A stretch of DNA of 64,000 nt, taken from the NCBI GenBank assembly GCA_044892505.1, contig CM097882.1, positions 368,714,001 through 368,778,000 of the forward strand. Reading direction: 5' to 3'. Position 1 is the first letter of the stretch, and every line of letters begins with the position of its first letter. The position numbers and the translations under genes were made by a program. The notes beneath the pieces were generated by a model, which was not told the origin of the DNA, did no database searches, and saw only the letters and a list, made by a program, of their open reading frames with translations. Shown one piece after another: positions 1 through 7,935 of the stretch. The stretch is from Schmidtea nova. Taxonomy: Eukaryota.

Positions 1-3000
1 GGTGTTTGCTTACATAATTGGATAACATTCGAATCAATGTGCCGTTAAATCTTTCCGTTTGTCCATTGGTTTGCGGATGATATGGTGACGTTCGTAATTT
101 GGCTATTCTGAAGTAATTTGTTACTTCATCTAATATTTCACTCATAAAATTTGTCCCTTGATCTGTCAGTATTTGTTTCGGGGTTCCGTATCGACAACAT
201 ATTTCCTCTACTAAAATTCTTGCTACGGTCTTTGCTTTTTGATCCGGCATCGCAAATGCTTCAGGGAATTTAGTCAAATAATCCGTTATTACCAATATAT
301 ATTGATTCCCGTTTAAACTTTCTGGCAATGGTCCTATTACATCCATCGCAATGGTAGTCATTGGTTCCGCTGGTATTGGCATGGGTTTTAAGGGATTTTT
401 CCATTTCTTCCCACTATCCTTTCTTGTGGCACAAGTTAAACAGTTCTTTATCCATTCCTTTACGTCTTCGTCCATTGTTGGCCAATAATATTTTTGTCTC
501 ATGCGATCTAATGTTTTCTTATCGGACATGTGTCCTCCCAACTTTCCGTCGTGGTATTGAGTTATTATCTCTTTTCGTCTATTACCTGGCAGACACATTA
601 ATCGTTTTTCTCCATCCTGTATTAATAACCATCCTTTTTCTATTGTGTATCGATGTTGGTATTTCCTCATGTGTTCTTTTAACTCCGCATTGTCTTTGAA
701 TACATCCATATTCCGTGAGCTTAGGAATTCTATGATGGGTCTTAGTTCTTTATCCTCTTGCTGATCTTTCTTTAACTCGCTGAAATCCAAATCCTCTGCT
801 ATCATTATGCATATTCTTTGCACTTCTGGGTCTGTTAATTCTGGAAACGTTAATCTTGACATGCAATCTGCGTTGGCATTCGCTTTTCCTGATTTGAATT
901 TTATATCTGGTGAATATTCTTGTAATTGCATCGCCCATCTCATTAATCTGCTGGATGTTTCCTTATGTTGTCCTAGCCATACCAGTGGTTGATGATCCGT
1001 GGTTATGCATATAATGTGTCCCCATAATAGATATTTAAAGTGTTTTATTGCTAATATTATTGCCAATGCTTCTCTCTCCGTTACTGAATAATTCTTCTCG
1101 TGTTTCTTGAATGTTCTGCTATAATATCCGATCACTCGTTCTTTACCTTCGTCATCATATTGTCCTAACACTGCTCCTGCTGCATATCCACTTGCGTCAG
1201 TCGCGAGTAAGAACGGCTTCTTGAAATTCGGGTGAACCAATATTGGTGCAGTTATTAGCTTATCTCTCAATGTTTCAAAGGCTGTTTGTTGTTCGCTTCC
1301 CCATATGAACGATACGTCTTTCTTTACTAGCTCCTGGATTGGTTTTGCAATTCCTGCGTAATCCTTTATGAATTTTCTATAGTAACCGCATAATCCGAGA
1401 AATTCTTGGATCTGCGTTATAGTCTTTGGTATTGGACATTCTTTTACTTTATCAATGTTTCTGGGATCCGGTTCCTTTCCTTTTGCGGACACAATATGTC
1501 CTAAGAATGTCACTTTCTCTTTTGCCCAATCACATTTCGATGGTTTGAGCTTGAGTTTCCATTGTCTCAATCTCACAAATACATCTCTGATATCTTGGAT
1601 GTGTTGTTCAAATGTGCCTGAATATATTAACAGATCGTCGATGTAAACCATGCATTGTTTTATGCCGTGGGTGACAAAATTCATACATCTTTGAAATGAT
1701 GCTGGCGCATTGGTTAGTCCAAATGGCATTTTCCTAAATTGGTACAAGTCTCTTCCGATAGTGAAAGCAGTTTTCTCTTTGTCTTCCTCCTTCATTTTAA
1801 TTTGCCAGTATCCGCTTTTCAAATCCAATGATGTAAAATATGCCGCTCCTTGTAATGTCAATAACATCTCGTTGATGTCCGGTAATGGGTAGGTATCCCT
1901 TTTTGTAACTGCATTTAATCTCCGATAATCAATACAAAATCGTTGTGTTCCGTCTTTCTTTTTCACCATTACAACTGGGAATTGCCACGGTGAGCAGCTT
2001 GGTTCAATTACTTCTGCGTCTAGCATTTTCTGTACCTCTGCTTCTGCTACTGATTTTTGCGCTTCGGCTAACTTGTATGGTCTTAACGCAATCGGCGTTT
2101 CGTCTGTTAGTGGAATCGTATGTAGTGTGACGTCGCATGTCCCTAGATCTAAATCGGATGCTGCGAATATGTCTTTATATTCTATCAGTAGTCTTTCTAG
2201 CTGTTTCTTTTGATCCTCATTCAATAGTTGGCTATCAATGTTCCAAGTGGGTTCTTCCTCTTTTACTCCTTCTTCTATTGGTATTTCGATATCTATCATT
2301 GGAGTTAGTTTACCCAATCTTTCATTTTCATAAATTATTTTATCCTCTTCATCGAAATTTACTACATTTATTGGGATTTCTCCGTTGTCATTCGCACTCA
2401 CTAATCCCCTTGCCATTGGCAACGACTTTCTCTTTTCAAATCTTTTACTGGGTTCAAAGATCATGTCACCTTCTAAGGTAGGGTCTATTTTTACGAAGCA
2501 TATTTTCTCTCTCCGTGCTGGTACGATTATTTGTTTCGAACTTGTTACTTTTGCTTCTATTGCGCATATCTGTCCTGTCCTATCCTTTAATCTCATTGTT
2601 CCGAGGTCAATAACTATTTCTTTAAATAATGCTGGCATCAGATCCGTGCCTATAATGCATGGTACGCTCAGTGCTGGTATTACTGCTACGTACGTTTCGA
2701 TTTCCGTGTTTTGATGTTTTATCTTTACCCACCATCTTCCAGCAACTTCTACTACTTCTTTACTGCATGCTATTACGTGAACGTTGGTTCTCTCAATATC
2801 CCGTCTTTGTTCTTGTGGTATCCATTTTATATCTATTGCTGAGATATTTGCTCCTGTATCAATCATCGCTTCGATTTCCCTTCCGTTAATTTCGATTGTT
2901 GTAGTTAATACTGGACCGGTGTTTGATGACATTACTGCAATTGTATGTGAGTCTCCTTGCGGATCTACGCTTCTGCACCGTCTCGTTCTATAGTCTTCCG

Positions 3001-3148
3001 GTATCATAGGATATATGTTTGTCATCGGCATCATTTGCATTGTATTTTGTTTCATCCCCGGTGTTGGTTCTTGGTACATGGTTGGTGGGGGTGCGTAACA
3101 CTTCCACATTTCGCTGGATTCTTTTCGACGTACTGTGGTACTTGATTT
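1..3148 (-). CDS. pol: Pol of element A: aspartic protease, RT, RNase H, integrase (open to window edge, so absent from ORF track)
   Basis: Manual translation: AMIDTGA (DTG 2852-2860), VYIDD (~1635-1646), LATDASG (~1190-1210), YHDGKLGGH..CLTC integrase zinc finger, IAMD, LTDQGTNF, QTNGQTERFN. Frame opens after TAA at 3149-3151. Confidence 0.93.
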
Positions 3149-6100
3149 TTAAATACTTGACCTCCTTCGTTATCATCATCATCGTCGTCACTGGAATCGT
3201 CTTGGGTTCTGTACCCTTTCATTCTTTCCCATAGTCCTTTTCTCTCTTTCTTTAGTTGTTGTCTTGCTTGCTCGTTGTTCATTATCTTTTTAAATTTTCG
3301 TCCCACCTCTTCATCGGTTCCTTTCATTTTTGCCAGTATTTTTAGGAGTCTCTTTATTCGGTGAATATCTTTTGAATGACCGTGTAATACCATTGTTTTT
3401 GCCAAAAATGGTAAGAATCCTACCACCAATTTCCAATTTATTTTCTTTTCTCTTTTATAGATGTCAAAACAGGCTAACATTTGAGTTATTATTACCCGTA
3501 TTATTTGTATAATTAGTATAACACCAAGTATTCCTGCCATCATTTGTCCAAATATTAAAAATCTTCCCCACATCGCTTTCATCATGTTCTCCGTTGCCTT
3601 CTTAAAGTGGGCTGGTGACAATAATAATTCGTAATTTGGTCCACCTTGGTAATTTGTTCCTCCTGTTATTGTTACAATGCTGGATAACACCGCTTCCCTT
3701 CTTGCTGGAAATAGTATATTTTGTCTCGCTGCCTCTAAGTCTTTTGCGCTATAGAATCCCATATTACTTACATCTACGTCTTTAAATTTTCGCCCTTTTG
3801 ATAGTTGCATCAATTCAAATTCCCTTGGTGCTGGTACCTCTGTTCTTGACGGAAACATAACCCAATTTCCGTCTGGTTTTTGGTATAGTGGTCCATATGC
3901 GTTGCTGCAATTGAAAGGATTTGGTTCGAAGCTTACTGGATTTATGATTCTTGTCACTGGTTGCACATATCTTACCTTCCCTTTGTATTCGATTTCTAGT
4001 TCGTTAGTACACTGCCCTGGTTGTAATTTTGTCATTGTCGCTACCTTCGCATTTGTCTTTTTACATATGTATACATACATGACTTCTCCGACTACCCTTC
4101 CAAAATGACCTTCTCTTAATGGTAATAGTGGCATTGCACTATCTGGGTTTGTGATTGCTACTGCTAGTTTTGTCTTTAATATTTCCCTATTTAACATACA
4201 ATCGTTATTTATTAAGTCGTAATACACTTTTTGTAGTGACGCTTGTCCTCTATGGAATAGAAAATCCATTTTATTGTTCATGTAAAGGTGTAACTTAACA
4301 TCATTCGTGTTTACTTTGCGTTTCGCACTAGGTACTTCTTGTTTTGATACGAAAATGCCGGGGTAGTTGGTTTCCAACATGGCTACTCCGCATTTCAAGG
4401 CTGTTTTTCCTTTTACAAACCTCATTCCGATATCTGCATCTGAGGTAATTAGTTCCGTTGGTGTATTTCTCATTTTGATTTGTTTTTCTTGTGTTCGGGT
4501 TTCAATCTTTTTCTCTCCTCGTACTGTGTCTTGAAGTATTTTTCCTCTTGCTGCCTCGTCTTCTTCTTCCTCTTGGAAGGTTTTCCCTTGTATCTCATCG
4601 AATTCTGCTTCCTTTAACAGTTGTAGTTGACATTCCTTTCCTCGTATCTGGTAGGTTAGGGTTGATATACCAGTCTGACAAGTGTTTGACTCGATTTTGC
4701 ACATAGGTAGAGTTTTCATTTCTCCCGTCGTTGGATCGAAGAATGCCTCGTACGTTTTTAGTTCCACTGTATAGGTATCTATTACCACTAGGTTTGTTGC
4801 TGCTACTCCGAATATTGGATATGTTGCTCCTTGGCAGTACCCTTCTCCTCCCGTAATAGCTCCTGCTACATAATATGTTTGTTGCAATATCACTCCCGTT
4901 TTTCCTCTTATCTTTATTCTATCTCTAGTCTCTACTTCCCCATGTTTAAATAATTTTTCACAGTCTTCTCCTTGCAGCATTACCGATTCTCTTTCCGTTC
5001 CTGGCATCACGATTGCTGAGTAATGGCGGTGTCCACAATAAAAAGCAAATCTGGTTTTATAAACTTTGCATTCTCTGACCATTGTTCTTATCAGTTCAGC
5101 TTCCTGATATACGTGATATAATTGTCTCTTTTTTAATGTTTTTAGCTCCGTTGGGGTTGCGTCTTTACATTGTTCTGTCCCTCGTAGTGAATATTTCTCA
5201 CCTAATGCCATTTGATCACAATCGAATACTTCAAATGCTGTTGCTCCGTCAGTACTAATCATCCATATTAACATCATCATAATAATAGAACTCAAGTTTA
5301 GTGATGATTTCCCGTTTCCTGTTCCCGACTTTTCCTTTTCCAATTCTCCCAATATCTCTTCGAATTTCCTTTTCATATTTTTGGCTTGGTTTTTCTTTTG
5401 GTTCGTTTTTGTGAATGTTTCCCATCCTCCTTTACTGATGATGTACGGTTCTATTTCCTTCTCTATAATTTTGGCTGTATTCTTTATATGTCTTTCAAGT
5501 GCTGTGGGTTTCAGTCGACCTCTACTCAGTGTCAGCAGATTGTAAATGGTGTATGCCATAGCTATTAAATATTTGTTATCCGTCTCTGCTCCTTCCGTTA
5601 ACTTCTTTATCAACATCGTGGTTCCTTGCCAATCTAGGTGGTTTGACCTTGTCTTCTCTTTTATCAGTTCTGGTAGGATTGGTGCGATGGCGCTATGCAG
5701 TGATTTCGCCCTTTCGCTTATTTCGTTTATTCTCCACCATTTCTTTAATTCTGGATCGATTATTGCCAGTATTTCCATTAACATCTTTGATATCCATTCT
5801 TCGCCTTGGTATGTTTGTGTTGTTTCTTTTTCTTTCGTTTCGGCTATTTTATTTAGTTTCTTTAGACACAACTCCCATTGATCCCGTCTTTTTTCCTCTC
5901 TTGATTTTATAACTACATTTGCTGGATCCATCTTGGGTCTACCTCTAGGTCGTTTATCCATTGTCGTGCCCGTTTCTACCAATCTTGTTTCTCGTCCAGT
6001 TTCTTCTGTGACGTCTCTTGGTTCGTTGGCTCTTTCTTCTAACCATCTTTCCATTTCTTGTGTGAATTGTACATTTTCTACATTTGCCCTCCTTGCTTCC

Positions 6101-7935
6101 TCTTCTGCTATTTCATTTACTTCTTCGATGATTATTTCTTGTTCAACTTCATCTTCGGTGTTGGTTACCGGTATTGCTGTTGGTAATTCTTGAATTCTTT
6201 CGAAAATATTATCATCTTTCTCTTTTGTTAGCTCTATTAACTCCTCTAACATATCATCGCTATCTGTAAAAATTTCGTCTACATCGTATGGTTCTGGTGG
6301 TGTTCTTTCTCTTGTCTCTCTTGGTGTTGTTCTAGCTTGTTCTGAGCTTGTTCCTGGAGTCATTACCGATTTCATTGGGCTCGGCGTACTCATACTTCCT
6401 TTTGGTTTCTTTTCCTCTTTCAATTTCAATGGTTGGCCTGCTATTGCTGCCACTGTCAATGTATTTGCGATATCTAATTGCGCTGGCGTTATTCCAATTT
6501 CCAAGCTGTTATCTAATGATCGTCCTTGGTGTTGTAAATGGAATGGTGGTTCATATCTCAATTTCTTTTTAATGTCCCGAACTTTCTCCGCTATCCCTAC
6601 CCAAAACTCTTCCTTTTCTTGGTTCGGATATACTATTCTTAGGTGTACTTTCTGTGGCGATTCCTGCGAGAATTCTTGGTTTCTCCATTTTTTAATTACG
6701 TGATCCAATTGTTCTGGACACCACTCGTTAACTCTTTTGTATTCGGCGATTGCTTTTGCTACTTTACGCAAGCATGTTATGTCTTCTCCATTAACTACGA
6801 AAAAATCTGCGAGACCTTTTACTACTTTTCTCTTGCCGTGCGCATTGGTTTTTAATATTTCGACAAATTCTTCCGTTTTTTGTTTTTCTCTTTCCAACCA
6901 CATGGTTGTCGTTTCTGGTCCGTCTAAATCTGCTGGCATGGCTTTTCTTGTTACCATACAGACTCTTCCGGTTTCCGGTTTGTGATCGTCTTCTATGCCT
7001 ATTCCGTATTCCTCTTCGTATTCGCCTGCTTTTGGTTCCCAACATTTTCCTCGTTCGTTCCATTGTTTTTCTACAGGTGTTGGTAATCGTCTGTTGAGAT
7101 TGAGTTCTTCTAATACGTCTTCCCATTCTGGCCAAATCCGCCAATTTCGATAAATGTCTACTATTTGTTGTAATTTATGCACAACTTCTTTTTGTCGTTC
7201 CCGTTCTCTTTTCTCATCTTTAGCAGTTTCTCTTGGTGTATCGTCCATTCTGATAACGTGGATGGTTTGGTGATTATCCCATATACCAATTTTATATAGC
7301 CGTCTTTCATCGTGATCCCATAATACATGTTCGTTGTATTTCATGATTATGTCATCTTCCCATTCTTCTTCTGGTTCTCTTTGTAATAGTGTCTCGTTGA
7401 TGACATTTACTAATTCTTTTATGGTACAATCTGCTAGTACTTCAATCTCTTTGGTATCTTCATTAGGCAATTCCACTGAAATTTTTAGATCTGTTATTTT
7501 TCCTTGTCTAAACATTGCTTTTCCCATTTTGGCAATTACCTTTCCGTATGAGATCTGTGACCATCTCGTGTGACTTGTGTCACGTATGCACTCGATACAT
7601 CGTTTCAACTTCTCGTATTCGCTTCTCATTAACTCCTTTCTATGTTTTTTGATTTGTGGGATGATTTGTTCTATCATGGAATTTAGATTTCCTCGTAAGA
7701 TTCGTCCTTTCTCATATTCTAACCGTGGTTTTATCTTCTTCTCGAAACACGTATTCGCTTCCTTTGCTACTTCTTGTAGGTTCTCTTCTCTCTTATCATC
7801 GTGTATCGATAATGTTGTCACCTCTCCTGGCCATATGCCTGTTTCTATCAAATGCGTCCTTTTCTTCACCAGTCCATTCTGTGAATATAGGAATTTGTTC
7901 TTATACGAACTCCCTAATCTGTCTTCTACCCATCG
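3052..7935 (-). CDS. Cargo/envelope polyprotein: two ubiquitin-like domains, AT-hook, Bcl-2-like domain, signal peptide, chuvirus-like glycoprotein, TM
   Basis: Ubl-like ~7245-7490 and ~6440-6650; KRPRGRPK 5932-5955; PYIISKGGWETF BH2-like ~5413-5448; hydrophobic segment then AFEVFDC; MNNKMDF..NDCMLNREILK..NPD..GEVMYVYIC glycoprotein motifs; TM ~3490-3565. In frame with gag across one TAG. Confidence 0.8.
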   Translation of the reverse strand, partial: RWVEDRLGSSYKNKFLYSQNGLVKKRTHLIETGIWPGEVTTLSIHDDKREENLQEVAKEANTCFEKKIKPRLEYEKGRILRGNLNSMIEQIIPQIKKHRKELMRSEYEKLKRCIECIRDTSHTRWSQISYGKVIAKMGKAMFRQGKITDLKISVELPNEDTKEIEVLADCTIKELVNVINETLLQREPEEEWEDDIIMKYNEHVLWDHDERRLYKIGIWDNHQTIHVIRMDDTPRETAKDEKRERERQKEVVHKLQQIVDIYRNWRIWPEWEDVLEELNLNRRLPTPVEKQWNERGKCWEPKAGEYEEEYGIGIEDDHKPETGRVCMVTRKAMPADLDGPETTTMWLEREKQKTEEFVEILKTNAHGKRKVVKGLADFFVVNGEDITCLRKVAKAIAEYKRVNEWCPEQLDHVIKKWRNQEFSQESPQKVHLRIVYPNQEKEEFWVGIAEKVRDIKKKLRYEPPFHLQHQGRSLDNSLEIGITPAQLDIANTLTVAAIAGQPLKLKEEKKPKGSMSTPSPMKSVMTPGTSSEQARTTPRETRERTPPEPYDVDEIFTDSDDMLEELIELTKEKDDNIFERIQELPTAIPVTNTEDEVEQEIIIEEVNEIAEEEARRANVENVQFTQEMERWLEERANEPRDVTEETGRETRLVETGTTMDKRPRGRPKMDPANVVIKSREEKRRDQWELCLKKLNKIAETKEKETTQTYQGEEWISKMLMEILAIIDPELKKWWRINEISERAKSLHSAIAPILPELIKEKTRSNHLDWQGTTMLIKKLTEGAETDNKYLIAMAYTIYNLLTLSRGRLKPTALERHIKNTAKIIEKEIEPYIISKGGWETFTKTNQKKNQAKNMKRKFEEILGELEKEKSGTGNGKSSLNLSSIIMMMLIWMISTDGATAFEVFDCDQMALGEKYSLRGTEQCKDATPTELKTLKKRQLYHVYQEAELIRTMVRECKVYKTRFAFYCGHRHYSAIVMPGTERESVMLQGEDCEKLFKHGEVETRDRIKIRGKTGVILQQTYYVAGAITGGEGYCQGATYPIFGVAATNLVVIDTYTVELKTYEAFFDPTTGEMKTLPMCKIESNTCQTGISTLTYQIRGKECQLQLLKEAEFDEIQGKTFQEEEEDEAARGKILQDTVRGEKKIETRTQEKQIKMRNTPTELITSDADIGMRFVKGKTALKCGVAMLETNYPGIFVSKQEVPSAKRKVNTNDVKLHLYMNNKMDFLFHRGQASLQKVYYDLINNDCMLNREILKTKLAVAITNPDSAMPLLPLREGHFGRVVGEVMYVYICKKTNAKVATMTKLQPGQCTNELEIEYKGKVRYVQPVTRIINPVSFEPNPFNCSNAYGPLYQKPDGNWVMFPSRTEVPAPREFELMQLSKGRKFKDVDVSNMGFYSAKDLEAARQNILFPARREAVLSSIVTITGGTNYQGGPNYELLLSPAHFKKATENMMKAMWGRFLIFGQMMAGILGVILIIQIIRVIITQMLACFDIYKREKKINWKLVVGFLPFLAKTMVLHGHSKDIHRIKRLLKILAKMKGTDEEVGRKFKKIMNNEQARQQLKKERKGLWERMKGYRTQDDSSDDDDDDNEGGQVFKNQVPQYVEKNPAKCGSVTHPHQPCTKNQHRG

